64,000 bases of DNA from a virus (taxonomy: Duplodnaviria > Caudoviricetes): positions 1 through 64,000 of the IMG/VR virus record IMGVR_UViG_3300037067_026010; one strand, written 5' to 3'. Position 1 is the first letter of the stretch; each line of letters opens with the position of its first letter. The notes below the pieces were generated by a model, which had not been told where the DNA came from, ran no database searches, and worked only from the letters and a program-made list of their open reading frames with translations. Position numbers and translations under genes: made by a program. Positions 45,618-57,000 of the stretch are shown in pieces.

Positions 45618-47081
45618 TTAGCTAGTACGATTATGCAGCATGGCCGCTTTTGCCGTCAAGATGAACTCGGATTCCGGAACGCTTGCGGCGTACGCGAGCG
45701 TATACAGTGCATATTCTTCCGCGAGCCGTTCGGCGGCGTCGCGTGGTTGTGCGAGCTTTACCAGATCTGGCGAACGTAGCGGCGCCGGCTCGTTGCGCAG
45801 CGCAGCTCTAATGCTGCGTTGCTGCAGGCCAGCCTCCGTCCAAGCGTAATCTTCCGCCTGTTTTTGCGCCCACAATCTGAACTGGGCATTCGTTGCATTG
45901 GCGGGCAGATACGGGTTGTGCTCGACGCGCTCGACGAAGTCCGGTCGGGCAATCAGGCGGGAGTAGATGCCCGGTAAATGCGGTCGGATAGCCCCTGCGA
46001 TCTTTTCCGAATTGCCACCGAGCATCGCCGACAAAAATTGCTCGAGAGGCCAGCAGATGCGCACGTCCGTCAAGGCCCGTAACACGGATGCAAATTTTTC
46101 TTGAAACAGCGGTGGCAGTGTCGGCAGTGCGGCCTCGCTGTGGACAGAGGCTGCAAATGCCATATCCACGTCCTGTTGTTCCATATCCACGAGTTGGTGG
46201 GCTGCCTTGAGCATACGGCGAACGATCGCAGGGTGCCGTGCTTCAATGCACAGGTCGTATGGCATGGTGACACCGAGACGCTCCGCCAATTCCGCTCCCG
46301 AGATGCAACTGGCAGATGCCGCCTTCAGCAATCCGGTCACGTAGGCAATGCGGTCGGCCGGGCGAAATACGTGTGAAATGTCAAAAAAGGTACCGTCGGG
46401 ATTATCCGCGTGCAGGTGATGCAATACGGATTGGCCGTCTTTCTCCATCTCGACCAGTTCGCCGATGTGGTGCTTTAAACCACCGGCCTTGCAGTGACCG
46501 CCATGGTCGATATGGTTGCAATACTCGGCACGCGTGGCAGCCTTATTGTAACACCAGCTGCACTGATCAAACGGGACGCGGATGGCCATCGATACCGGCA
46601 GTTCTTCATTCTTGGCCAGCTTTTCGAGTTCTTTGTCGGCTACCAAGCCGCCGTTGCGTCGCGCGGCCTCTTTTGAGCCGTTCAGCGCCACAAGTAATTC
46701 CACGCGGCGCATGGCCTCGTTGTATGCCGAGGCCTTTACGATCCCGTAGCTTTTCGAGGGATCTTTATTTTGATGATCCCGGTAAAACCTGGCGTGTTTT
46801 ACGAAGGTGGGGTGGCAACGGCGAAGCATCGCCGCGAGGAAGCCGTCGCCATTCCGGTTCGGGCCTACACCTTCCGTCGCACCCATTGCCAACAGGTGGA
46901 CCAGCGGTTCATCCGCCGCCGTTTTGATATGCAACAACTGTTCGAACAATGCAGTCGAAGCCCGCTTTTCCAAAATGCCGCGATCAGCACCGATCAGGCC
47001 ACGGCTGGAGATCTTCACCAGCTGCACGATAGGCTCTGCGAAACTCTGCGAACCACTGTCGATAAGCTTGATCATGCTCAT
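45618..47081 (-). CDS. prohead (head maturation) protease, assemblin-fold type
   Basis: PNRNGDGF, YRDHQNKDP..SYG.V, VELLV, LPVSMAIRVPFDQCSWC, DNP..TFFDISHVFRPADRIA; ATGA overlap at the start. Confidence 0.75.
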   Translation of the reverse strand: MSMIKLIDSGSQSFAEPIVQLVKISSRGLIGADRGILEKRASTALFEQLLHIKTAADEPLVHLLAMGATEGVGPNRNGDGFLAAMLRRCHPTFVKHARFYRDHQNKDPSKSYGIVKASAYNEAMRRVELLVALNGSKEAARRNGGLVADKELEKLAKNEELPVSMAIRVPFDQCSWCYNKAATRAEYCNHIDHGGHCKAGGLKHHIGELVEMEKDGQSVLHHLHADNPDGTFFDISHVFRPADRIAYVTGLLKAASASCISGAELAERLGVTMPYDLCIEARHPAIVRRMLKAAHQLVDMEQQDVDMAFAASVHSEAALPTLPPLFQEKFASVLRALTDVRICWPLEQFLSAMLGGNSEKIAGAIRPHLPGIYSRLIARPDFVERVEHNPYLPANATNAQFRLWAQKQAEDYAWTEAGLQQRSIRAALRNEPAPLRSPDLVKLAQPRDAAERLAEEYALYTLAYAASVPESEFILTAKAAMLHNRTS

Positions 47082-47941
47082 TGTGGGGCTCCGGCATTTT
47101 GTGCAGCTGCTCGGGCGGCAGCTTCGGCATTGGCCTGATGGCGTAAGTACTCCTCTGTGGCGCCCAGCGCAAAACCCAGCCACGGTACGCGCCGTAATGC
47201 ACGCACGCCTGGTATCTTGCTAAACATGCCCTGTGATGCCGCACGGCGCGCGGCGGTATCCAAAGCTCGTGCTTGCGCGGGTGATAATGCTGCAGGCCGT
47301 CCGCGCAGTCGATCCATGAGCCGCTCGCGCCAAGTCGCACTGTTTATCGACGTGGCCAGTCTACGGCTTTCCAGAGGTATTGCCCCCGGGGCGGTATCCA
47401 GTTCTTTAATAATCTGCTCGGTCGGCAGCGAGCGTATTCGACCCGCGCGTCCGAGATGCGTCGTCGCTGCGGACACGGCCGGACGCGCCGCCAGTTGGAT
47501 GCCGGCGCCGGCAACGCCGCCGGCTAAAGCCTGCTCTGCTCCTGTGGCTCTGGCCAGCGGGCTGTATAGTCCGAATGCGCCAGGTTCGACTTTCGGCGGT
47601 GGTGCGTTTGCCGTCTGCGGATTTGGCAGAGTGTGCCCTAATAAAGTACCGCCCGCGCCCAAGGCTCCGCCGGAAATCAACCCGCGCATGGCGCCGCGTC
47701 GCGCAGCTTCTCCGGTGTCTTCGTCTTCGTCGGCGTGCAGAGCACCCAGGAGTGCGCCGCCGCCAGCGCCCAAGCCGGCACCGATTAAAGCATTTCGCAG
47801 CGCGCCTTCCGCCGGGGTTTTACCCAAAAGCGTTTCGCGCCAACCCGCCGCAAACTTTGCAAAGCCTCCGATGGCTTGGCTGGCCATACGCCGTTTCGCG
47901 AGAAGCTCTGCGGCAGTGTCTAGGGATATGTTTTCCAACAT
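47078..47941 (-). CDS. putative internal virion protein with glycine-zipper segments
   Basis: ALIGAGLGAGGGALLG, GLISGGALGAGGTLLG, ALAGGVAGAG; AKFAA. Confidence 0.6.
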   Translation of the reverse strand: MLENISLDTAAELLAKRRMASQAIGGFAKFAAGWRETLLGKTPAEGALRNALIGAGLGAGGGALLGALHADEDEDTGEAARRGAMRGLISGGALGAGGTLLGHTLPNPQTANAPPPKVEPGAFGLYSPLARATGAEQALAGGVAGAGIQLAARPAVSAATTHLGRAGRIRSLPTEQIIKELDTAPGAIPLESRRLATSINSATWRERLMDRLRGRPAALSPAQARALDTAARRAASQGMFSKIPGVRALRRVPWLGFALGATEEYLRHQANAEAAARAAAQNAGAPQ

Positions 47942-47951
47942 AGGCTCATTC

Positions 47952-50015
47952 CTAAAACAGTTTTAGGGTGCTTTCCGGTTTCGGCGCGGCAGGTGCAGAC
48001 AACGGATCGTCTGGATTGCGGTACTGGTTCATCGCCTCGCTGTGAATATCCAGTTTATCTTCCAGAATGGCACGCGCCGCATCCGGATCCGGCATGCCGG
48101 CCACCTGTCTGGATAGTTGTTCCGTACGCAATGGGTGCAGCTCCTGGCGTTGTTGTGCCTCTTCGCGGCGCCAACCGTGCGCCTCCGTCTGCTGCTGCAA
48201 CGCTGCTTGTTCGCGCTCCTCGCGGGCACGCCGTCTCTCTGCTTCTTCCGAGGCCCAACCGTGCTGTTCGGTACGTTGTCCGTGTTCCGTAACGTCGCGT
48301 CCTTCCTGTACGGCTTTGCGTTTTGCCTCTTCCTCCCGTCGCCGATCTTCCGGAGTAGTAACGACATTACCGGTGGTAGGGTCGTACGTTTTGCCGCCCG
48401 CCTCGAGCTGCCGTTGTGCCAGCTCCTGCGCGGCCTGCACGCGGTTTGCCTCGTTGTGGCCGAGCATTTCTTGTAATTTCTTCTCTTCGAGTTGCCGCAG
48501 CACGTTGTCGCGGGCAATCTGGTCCCGCCGCTGTTGCGTATGCAGCCCGTATTCCGCAGCATGCAGCTGATGCTCGCGCTCGCGCTGTGCCCGCTCGTGC
48601 CGCAGACGTTCGCGGTCCAATTTCAACCGGTCGCTTTCGGACATCTGCCGCGACCTGAACTGTGCTTGGCCTTGCGCCATCTCGCGCATTTTCAATTCGC
48701 TGCCGCTCGGTTCGCGGCCCGCCCGCAGTTTTTCGCTCATATTCAACAACTGGTCGACTTCATGCGTATCCAGATCTCCGCCCAGCTTTTTCTTGAGGAG
48801 TGGCCGGATGAGCAGCATCTGGTCGGCCGCTTGCGGCGCGGCATCTACGATTTCGTTATAAGCCGCCAATACCTCGTCCGGATCGTGCCCGGCAATGTCC
48901 GGGTCGTTTTGCATCAAGTACTGTAGCAGCGCTTCCGACCGTACATCGCGCAGTTCCTGCTCATACTTCGGATCTGTCAGTTCCTGATATGCCCGCTGCA
49001 CTTGCTCAGAAGGCGGTGCGCCTTGCAGGGTGCGGGCCAACTGTGTCGTCGCTTGATTTATCGTGCTTTCCCCGCTGCCAAAGGGCATAAAAGCCCACGC
49101 CTGTTTTTCAGTCGAAGGACCATCGAGTACAGACGCGCACCGGGGCCCGCCGGCAAAAGGGGCGAGCAGGACCTCGGCCTGCTGTGCATTGGTCTTTGCG
49201 GTGCTTAAATACCGCGCCTGGGCTTCTTTGTAGTGGGTAATATCCGTCAACAGCCGTTCGACAAGGTCGTATGCCGGCCCTCGCGCCGACAAATCCTGCC
49301 GTGAACAGATTCCGCGGCGATGCTGCGCCATCTTCGCCAGTCCGGGAGTGACATTCAGCAATTGTTCGAAAACTTGTCCGACTTTTTCGCCGTGCAGCAA
49401 CACGGCGTTGTCGCGTACTACGGGTATCGGCACGCAGTCGGGCCTACGGAAGTAATCCGTCAATTCGCAGAAGGTGTAACCCATCTTGTCAAAAGCCGCG
49501 GCGGCCTGCCTGCGCAGTTCTTCCGTGGCGGTCTGCAACCGTCGGGCACCGGCTGCGGCCTTGCACATGGCCGCGGCGGGATCGGTCGGCAGGCTCTCCG
49601 GCTTTGCACCCATGCTCCAATCCGGTTGACGTGCTTGTTTTTCGCGGGCGGCCTTGCGCGCCAGCACGCCAGCCGGAGAAAGCGCGTATTCTGTGGACAC
49701 GGTGCAGGCATGATGCTGGGCCGACGCGGTCTTGGCAGTCGTCGGATACATTAGTTCCAGCACTTCTCCCGTATCGGCGAGGTCAAAGTCCGCCGCCTTT
49801 TCTTGTACGGTCGTCCCCAGCTTGCGCTGTTGATTGGTACGCCCGGTATTGTAGGCATAAACGAGCTGAGCAATGTGCCCGGCCGGCACACCCTGGGCCA
49901 TCGCCGACTTGGCGATAGCGGCATTCGGGTGCGTACCCGCATTAACGGCTTCTGCGATCTTTTCGAGAGTCGCGAGTAACCGTGCTTCAGCTTCCTTGCT
50001 CAAGGCTTTGCTCAT
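47952..50015 (-). CDS. putative internal head protein with a charged coiled-coil C-terminus
   Basis: EKIA, AKSA, EKAA, KTAS, EKQA (twice), AKMA; E/R/Q-rich tail. Confidence 0.65.
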   Translation of the reverse strand: MSKALSKEAEARLLATLEKIAEAVNAGTHPNAAIAKSAMAQGVPAGHIAQLVYAYNTGRTNQQRKLGTTVQEKAADFDLADTGEVLELMYPTTAKTASAQHHACTVSTEYALSPAGVLARKAAREKQARQPDWSMGAKPESLPTDPAAAMCKAAAGARRLQTATEELRRQAAAAFDKMGYTFCELTDYFRRPDCVPIPVVRDNAVLLHGEKVGQVFEQLLNVTPGLAKMAQHRRGICSRQDLSARGPAYDLVERLLTDITHYKEAQARYLSTAKTNAQQAEVLLAPFAGGPRCASVLDGPSTEKQAWAFMPFGSGESTINQATTQLARTLQGAPPSEQVQRAYQELTDPKYEQELRDVRSEALLQYLMQNDPDIAGHDPDEVLAAYNEIVDAAPQAADQMLLIRPLLKKKLGGDLDTHEVDQLLNMSEKLRAGREPSGSELKMREMAQGQAQFRSRQMSESDRLKLDRERLRHERAQREREHQLHAAEYGLHTQQRRDQIARDNVLRQLEEKKLQEMLGHNEANRVQAAQELAQRQLEAGGKTYDPTTGNVVTTPEDRRREEEAKRKAVQEGRDVTEHGQRTEQHGWASEEAERRRAREEREQAALQQQTEAHGWRREEAQQRQELHPLRTEQLSRQVAGMPDPDAARAILEDKLDIHSEAMNQYRNPDDPLSAPAAPKPESTLKLF

Positions 50016-50029
50016 CGGTGCACCTTTCA

Positions 50030-51004
50030 TTAAGGCGTTGGCAATGCGACATTCGGCGGCACAGGGAACGTCAAGTCCTGCAAGCTTTCCGCTTCCAGCA
50101 GCGGTTGGCCTACTGCGCCTCGTAAATTTTCTTCGAAAGTAAGCTCGATGGCGCTTGTACGGTATTGTGCCGTCAACCCGCGCGCCACGCGCGCATGCTT
50201 GTTGCGTGGATCTCGGCCCGACACATCGAACGGCAACTGCGACATCATCGCCGAAACGTGCTCCATCAGCTGGCTTTCCGCCTTTTGCGTACTGTCGCTG
50301 GACCGCTCCACGTCCACGAACGCCGTAAACGCATTGATCAGGTCCATCTGCGTCTCGGCATTAACGTTCACAGTCTTGGCAGCCAGCATGGCCTTCAGCT
50401 TCAGGGTACTGATGGCGTCGCTCTCAATCGCGGCGCTGACACCGTCCGGATTATCGACCCACACGGGATTCACAAATCGCTGCGATAGCGCCGCGAACAT
50501 TTCCGGACCGTAAAAGTAGGCATACAGCTTCCAGAGCAGCGAGGGGTTATCCGCCTGAAAGCCACCGCGCACTGCCTGCCGCAAAATGCATTTTACCACC
50601 AACTCCGTGTGCAGCAGCCTGTCGCGCACGTTAAAAAATACGCCTTCGTATGCCTCGACCACGCGGGGATCCAGGCCACAACGAAAACCTATGCTCCGGT
50701 CGCTCTCGCGGGCCAGGATTAAGGCGTCGACCGTCCAGTGCAACGGCCCGTCATCCTGCCACAAGTCGTACGCCCAGTATAGTGCGGCGCGCCCGCGGCG
50801 CTCGGATAGCTGATACTTCTCTAGGGGCGTCGTACAGGCTTGGTACTCCGTATGGAAGCGCATTGCCGCCTTGACCCACTTGTGGCCACGCGGACCGTCG
50901 CGTTGCATACTCGCCGCCGGCTGCAGGCCGTCTAAAATGCCGATTGCTCGGAGCCACCGCCATTCCGGCATACGTTGTGCATTGTGGAAATTACATTCGT
51001 CCAT
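50030..51004 (-). CDS. hypothetical protein (324 aa, possible HTH-like segment)
   Basis: ALILARESDRSIGFRCGLDPRVVEAYEGVFFNVRDRL. Confidence 0.7.
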   Translation of the reverse strand: MDECNFHNAQRMPEWRWLRAIGILDGLQPAASMQRDGPRGHKWVKAAMRFHTEYQACTTPLEKYQLSERRGRAALYWAYDLWQDDGPLHWTVDALILARESDRSIGFRCGLDPRVVEAYEGVFFNVRDRLLHTELVVKCILRQAVRGGFQADNPSLLWKLYAYFYGPEMFAALSQRFVNPVWVDNPDGVSAAIESDAISTLKLKAMLAAKTVNVNAETQMDLINAFTAFVDVERSSDSTQKAESQLMEHVSAMMSQLPFDVSGRDPRNKHARVARGLTAQYRTSAIELTFEENLRGAVGQPLLEAESLQDLTFPVPPNVALPTP

Positions 51005-51019
51005 CGTAAAAACATGTCG

Positions 51020-51499
51020 TCAAATCGTTATCGGCAATTCGATTTCCAGGGCAAATTCCCAACCCGTCGCGGCACTGCCGGCAGGCGTGATTCCGAGGTA
51101 CAAACGCCGTTTGCGGTTCGTGGGTCCGCCGCCGTCGCGGTTTTGATAGGGGTACTGCGTGTCTTCGCCGTATTCCGTGTACAGACCGGTTGATCCCGTA
51201 TACGTCTTCTGGCCGAAGACCGAATACATGGCGCGGTTGCCGAAAATGGCCACGTCGTCCGTCAGTTCCAGCGGCTCCGACGGGTGATCCGGCACTTGTT
51301 GGCTGGCTTCTTCGAATAGCGACGTCCCTATGCAGGATTCCGCAGTAAACACTTCGAATGTCGCGTCGACCGCAGCGCCGCCCACCTGCATCAGGCGTAT
51401 TGCCCGGATCGTGCCGCGGCTCGGCACTTTAAGTACGATGAACGTCTCGACGCCACCCTCGGCCTCAAACTTGAACGGCCCGGCACTGTAAGGAATCAT
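51020..51499 (-). CDS. hypothetical beta-rich protein (159 aa)
   Basis: GAGGT SD; co-oriented. Confidence 0.7.
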   Translation of the reverse strand: MIPYSAGPFKFEAEGGVETFIVLKVPSRGTIRAIRLMQVGGAAVDATFEVFTAESCIGTSLFEEASQQVPDHPSEPLELTDDVAIFGNRAMYSVFGQKTYTGSTGLYTEYGEDTQYPYQNRDGGGPTNRKRRLYLGITPAGSAATGWEFALEIELPITI

Positions 51500-51516
51500 A
51501 GATGACCTCGTTATAA

Positions 51517-53850
51517 TTAGGCGACTTCGCCCAGATCAGTGGACGTGCTGGTTTCCTCGGGGTACGGTTCGATCGTTTTTTGCTTCAAAAACATGATGAC
51601 GTCGCCCAAGTCTTCAAAACTGTTCCTTAGGGCATCCTCGAGTTCGCTCATGTCCGCCTTGCCATAGCGTTCGGAAAAGCGGTCGCCGTGCCAGTAAAAG
51701 GCAAATAGCAGTCGCCCAAGGCGGTCCATGCCCTTCACCAGGTCCGGGATATGCCGCTCGATCATCGTGTCGTCGCGCGTGCTTTTCAGCAAGCTGCCGA
51801 TCATGGCGGTATCGAAAATTTCCTTTTGGCCCGACTCCGCGGCACTCTGCAGTCGCTGTGCATCCATCGGATCGCCGACCGACGCTGGGCTGGGGTTGTA
51901 AATCGCCCGATCCGTTTGGGCGGCGGACAGCTCCGGTATCGTCAGATGCTGCTCCATGAGCCCTTGTGTCGGCGCCGTGGACCCCATGATGTTGTTTTCG
52001 CCGTACGGCGGGTCGGGAATGAACGGCGCCGTCGGCCCATCCTGCGTCAAATAAGGCGCCGCGTACTTGACACGGCAGCGCAGCACGCGTTTCACGGCAG
52101 CCTGCTTCATGAGTTCGCGGGCAACGTCTTCCCGGAAGCCGTGGTCGCGTACGAGCGTCAACAGCGTAGGAAGCGGGGACTGCGTCGCCGCATTGTTGAT
52201 GCTGTACTGCGTACCGTCGAAATGAACCTTCAAGCTCGCTGTTTTCGTAATGATGCCTATCTCGGCATCGATGTAATCTCCCGGGCGCAGCGGCATCGTG
52301 CTACTACGCGCACTACTACCGCAACAGGGTTCGGTGGATTTGGCGTCAGCATCGACCTGTGCCTGCTGGACTTTCAGAAGTTTTGCCCCCTTCGGCACCC
52401 AGACATCGCCGCGCACAACGCGGAAGCTCGTGCCGTCTTTGCCGTTGATATGCACCCGTTGTCCGTCGTAGGTTCCGCAGCAAGGGCCGCAGCACGATGT
52501 TACAGGGTAGGGCCGTTTGTCCAGACCGTATTCGCAGTAATCGCTAAAGTTCACGTCGTAGCTCGCGCGATCGTTCTCCGTGCCTAGGGAGAGGTCGACG
52601 CGGAACGGCAGCGTCGCTGCGCCGCGCTGGCCAAGCAGCATATAACGATTATCGCTTTTTTCCAGGGAATCCGGCGTCGGCAGGGCATCCCACCATTTCG
52701 TATACTCGGCGTCTTCGATCTTACTGACGCACCATATACGCGACGGGTGCGCATTGCACCAATCCGCCTCGCCTTCGACGCGCACGAGCGTCGCGAAATG
52801 CACCTGGCCGCCGGCACCGTACGGCTGCATAGCGATGAAACATTTCTCGAAAGTGCCCGGCTTGGTCAATACCTGGTACAGGCCGGTTTCCGTCGGATTG
52901 AACAGCTTGCGCTGCACTTGGATGCTGTAGGGCACGGACACCTGTTCGCCGGTCCGGCGATCGCGAATCAGCACGGTATCCTTGAGCAGCTTCTCCTGAT
53001 CCTCTTCCGTCAGCCCGTTAGGCAGTTCCGTCTCCTGGGTGGCGTCGTAGGTGATGATTTGAAGTTCCCCCGTTTTCACGGGGTGCTGTGCACGCGGCAC
53101 ATCCAGCACCGAACCGTAAAGCGGTGGAGCTTTACGTGGTTGTGCATTTGGAGCCAACACGCTGTTGGCGCGAATACCCGCTGCCTTGATGGCGGCATGG
53201 ACGGTCTCCAGACCGTGATACTCGTCAAACGCTGCAGCGATTTTCGGGTGCGTCGTGAGGAACTCGACCAGCGTCTCCAATACCCGTAGATCCGCCTGCT
53301 TGAGAAACGCGGGCATATTCAGGGCCTCCCCGACGTCTTGCATCGCCTTTCGCGTATCCAATAACGCCGTATGGGCAAATGCCGGCACGGCCGGCTGTGC
53401 CCAGGACGCGAACTTATGCGGCGACATCGACAGCCGGTTCAGCTCGGGCTGCCGGACGCCGAGACTGCCCGTATTGCGTGGGGTACCTTTGCCCAAGCCC
53501 GCCGGTTTGCGATTCAGCAGGTAATTGAGCCAGTTTTCCTTGAGCGGCATAAACAGATCGCTGTTCTTCAGATACAGCATCTCCGTGCCTTTCACGTTCC
53601 CCTGCAGGAAAAAGATTGGCACGAAAATCTGTTGACTGCCAACCTTGAATCCGACGACTCCCACCGCACGGTCGTTGTCATCGCCGCGCTCGAGCAGTTG
53701 AAAACCCTGCTCGTAGTCCAGCAGGGTGGGACACTTGTCCTTGAGCACGGCATGGGCCAGGGAAGAAAGGCTCGCTTCGAAATTGCCGGAATTCCCGTCC
53801 TCGCCGAGAGTTGCCATTTTCTGCCGCTGCGACTGCATAAGATAGGTCAT
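51517..53850 (-). CDS. large putative head/internal protein with K-x-A motifs (777 aa)
   Basis: AAGGA SD before MTYLMQ; QKMA, HKFA, LKQA, KTAS, MKQAA, VKYAA; CC pairs. Confidence 0.7.
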   Translation of the reverse strand: MTYLMQSQRQKMATLGEDGNSGNFEASLSSLAHAVLKDKCPTLLDYEQGFQLLERGDDNDRAVGVVGFKVGSQQIFVPIFFLQGNVKGTEMLYLKNSDLFMPLKENWLNYLLNRKPAGLGKGTPRNTGSLGVRQPELNRLSMSPHKFASWAQPAVPAFAHTALLDTRKAMQDVGEALNMPAFLKQADLRVLETLVEFLTTHPKIAAAFDEYHGLETVHAAIKAAGIRANSVLAPNAQPRKAPPLYGSVLDVPRAQHPVKTGELQIITYDATQETELPNGLTEEDQEKLLKDTVLIRDRRTGEQVSVPYSIQVQRKLFNPTETGLYQVLTKPGTFEKCFIAMQPYGAGGQVHFATLVRVEGEADWCNAHPSRIWCVSKIEDAEYTKWWDALPTPDSLEKSDNRYMLLGQRGAATLPFRVDLSLGTENDRASYDVNFSDYCEYGLDKRPYPVTSCCGPCCGTYDGQRVHINGKDGTSFRVVRGDVWVPKGAKLLKVQQAQVDADAKSTEPCCGSSARSSTMPLRPGDYIDAEIGIITKTASLKVHFDGTQYSINNAATQSPLPTLLTLVRDHGFREDVARELMKQAAVKRVLRCRVKYAAPYLTQDGPTAPFIPDPPYGENNIMGSTAPTQGLMEQHLTIPELSAAQTDRAIYNPSPASVGDPMDAQRLQSAAESGQKEIFDTAMIGSLLKSTRDDTMIERHIPDLVKGMDRLGRLLFAFYWHGDRFSERYGKADMSELEDALRNSFEDLGDVIMFLKQKTIEPYPEETSTSTDLGEVA

Positions 53851-54005
53851 GAAATTCGTCCTTGAATCGTGGCCGAGCCGGGAAATACCCACGAACCCTT
53901 CTAATAGCCTAACAAATCATTCCCCGCGCCGCTATCCAAATTCCGGCAGCTGGTTTACGGCGCAGCAACGTGGGCAGATAGTTTTGCCGGATGGCTACAC
54001 GCTTG

Positions 54006-57000
54006 CTACCAGCCCTTCGTAGCACCCGTCCGTCCGAACTCGGTACCGGCGGCTAACGCCGGTACATAACTGGTGCCGCTGGTGTCAGATACATCCCCAC
54101 GGGCCACACCCTTGAGCAGGCTTTTTTTCTGATCGCCAGCCAAGAACCTCGTCATCCAGTCCGGGTCTTGGGCGGCGTTGGCCACTCCACGGATCATTTC
54201 CGGGGCGAAGGGCGGCGGATCTCTGTGGGCAAATATGCGTGTAACGCCGTACCGCTCCATAGCCGGCAACATGGACGGCTGCACCTTGGTGCCTATCGTA
54301 TGCTGGAGCACCGGTCGTTCCAAATAGTAGCCGACGGCTTGTTTCGGCGGTGCGATGATGTGACCCGGCCGCGGCATCCATTCTCGCTCGAGTGTCTGGT
54401 ACGGCACGACGTCGTCCGGCGCCCAATGCCCGTATTCCTCGGCAAGCCGCACATGATTGATCAAACCGCGCGCCAGCAACTCGATGTTCCTTCGGTGCGC
54501 CGAGACACCGGAGTCCGCCAACATTTTACGAAAGGCATCCACAAAATACCGACGGCCTTCGCCGATGCCCTTGTGTTTGACTATTTCCGCCGGATTGGGC
54601 GTACCGCCGCTCAGGATATCGCCGGCTTCCGCGTAGTCCCCGACTTTGACCTGCAACTTGCGATCGGCCGGCACGTAATGGTCCTCGCCCTCGATCGTGA
54701 CGTACGAGCCACCGGCAGGTGCTTCGCGTATATGGTTGATGCGACCATCCTTTTGTGCATGGGTGGCGCCGCCGGGAAAGTGTTTGGGAACCTGAATCAG
54801 GGCGTCAATGCCTTTAAAACCGGCGATAGCTCCGGCTTCGGCTGCACCGGCTACTCCCCCGGTGTGCTTCGAGGAGTTGGAGACGATTAGGCCATTTGCC
54901 AGAACAAAGAGATGCGAAGCATGATCCACTTCGAGATCATAAGTCTGCTGTAAACCGACCGGTGCCATTTCTTCACGCAGTAACTTGTAATAAGCGTGTG
55001 GCCGGATTACTTGCCAATTAGCAAGTTTCTCGGCCAAAACACGCTGCTTAACCCCGTAAAGGGGAATGGCTGCGGCACAACGGCGGATGCCGTCTTCGTG
55101 GGTAATGTCAATTTGATAAAGCGTACGTTTTCGGCCACTGTTATTATGGTACGGCCCGGTAGCGTATACCCCGAAACGCCAAGCTAGCAATTCCCTTACT
55201 TTGCGTGCCATAGCTAGTGACGTAGACGCAAAACCAAGATAGGGCTTGGCTCTGTCCGCATAACAATCCGGGGTGAAAACCGAGCCATCTGTGACCATGA
55301 GCCCGCCCAACAGGGCTGCAATAGATCGATTGTTCCAGCTGTCGATGGCTGCCGGCAATTCTTTTTCGTGAGCATATTTACCAAGCATCTCGTGGTCATG
55401 CAACCAGCGTCGAATTGGGTTAAGATAACCTTCCTTTATGCGTCCCTGACTATCCCGCGGTGCCGACGCCTGCACGAGCTGGCTTACCCGATAATACCCC
55501 GTATGCCCGGCTAAGCGTGTTAATTTCAAATTCAAAGGGGACAATTCTGCTTTCAAATCTTCAATCAGACTTGGATCATAACAACTGAAATTGACGCCAT
55601 TCGCGGCGTCCGTGTAACAACCGTCTCCAAGTACTAATCCCACTAGGAGAGCCATTGGCTCATCAACGTAACGTGCATCGTCGTCAAAAGCAATGGGCAA
55701 TACGGCGCGCAGTCGCCGCGTACGCAGCCCGACAGGGTATTGCATCGGTACGCCGTTAAAAACGTCCGCCTTGCAATTGGACGTGTAACGGATACCGAGG
55801 ATTTTGTGCTCCACCGTAGAGACCAGTGTTACACCGCTGTGGTCTCGCCTGAAGGGGTACCGGAAAAATGTACGGTAGCATGACCGCAAGCCGTTGTCGA
55901 AACAGCGTAGTACCTGTACCGGGAAGGTACGCCCGGTTTCATCCGCACCCAAAATCCAATCACCTGGGCGGACACGCTCGATCGCTTTTGTTGTCCAATC
56001 CGCCATGCGCACCAGTGTGCCCTGCGCCAGACAGATTTGCGCCTGTGTGATCGGCGCCGACAGTGCATGCGCCGCCGCCACGCCAATGAAGTCGCCTGTA
56101 GGCGGTATGCCGCCTCGCTCGCGCCTTCCGGCGTCACGTGCATAGACACCGCCGTCGGATGGGCCGCCCACCGTCGTACTGCGCACCAGGATTTCGTCGA
56201 CGCCTTTATTTTTTAGATCTCGGAGTATTTTCGGAGTGAGTTCCGTATTGCGGTTGTAGCCGCCGACGGCATGCGCCAAAAGCGCCCCGGCATTGTCCGG
56301 GTCGTCCGTGGCTATGGGCATTCCGCGCGGCATGGCCTCGTCGTAGGGCCGGTCGTCGTCGAGAGCGGAGACGAGTAGTCGGTGATTTGCCGCCACGAGC
56401 TGTTTCCCGAGGAAACCGGCTTTTGCGGTGGAAGCCTTCAAGTCAAGGATCCCCTTTCGTGCCCCGTAAGCTCCTGCAAAGTACTCGACGGGCGATAAAC
56501 CCTGGCTGTAACTGCGCGTGACGGGGACGGGCAACACGTTGCCGCGATGGTCCGTATACAGCAAGTCCGCCCCCACCAGGCTCGAAAGAAACTGTTCCCC
56601 CTGCTTGCTGCGGGCTCCACTGGCCACTTGGCGCCACAACGGGTTGTCCGTCTCAGCCAGCTCTTTGAGCAGCCTGGGCAGCATCTTGTTCTTCGCCATG
56701 CCTGCCGCGTGGATAACTCTGTCGTTCCGTTCGCTTTCCGACAGTTTGGGGTCCGAGAGGATGCGCTGGATTTCCGAACGCAGCTCCAGCTGCATTTGCT
56801 TGGCTGCCAGGGTGCTCTGCAGATGCTTGAGGCCGAAAGAGTAGCCGCCGGTGCTGTAGGCCGCATCCCGGCCTACGTCCGACAGCTTTTTCGAGACTTC
56901 GCGATATTTGTCCGGATGCTTTTCCGCTACGACCTGCAGCAACTTCTTCTGCATCTTGCCGTCGAGTACGCGGTCGTAGTCGCGCATATCCTCCGGCAAG

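Noticed and set aside
50030-51004. Possible small terminase or DNA-binding regulator
   Set aside because: Only a vague HTH-like segment, no diagnostic motif and no large terminase nearby
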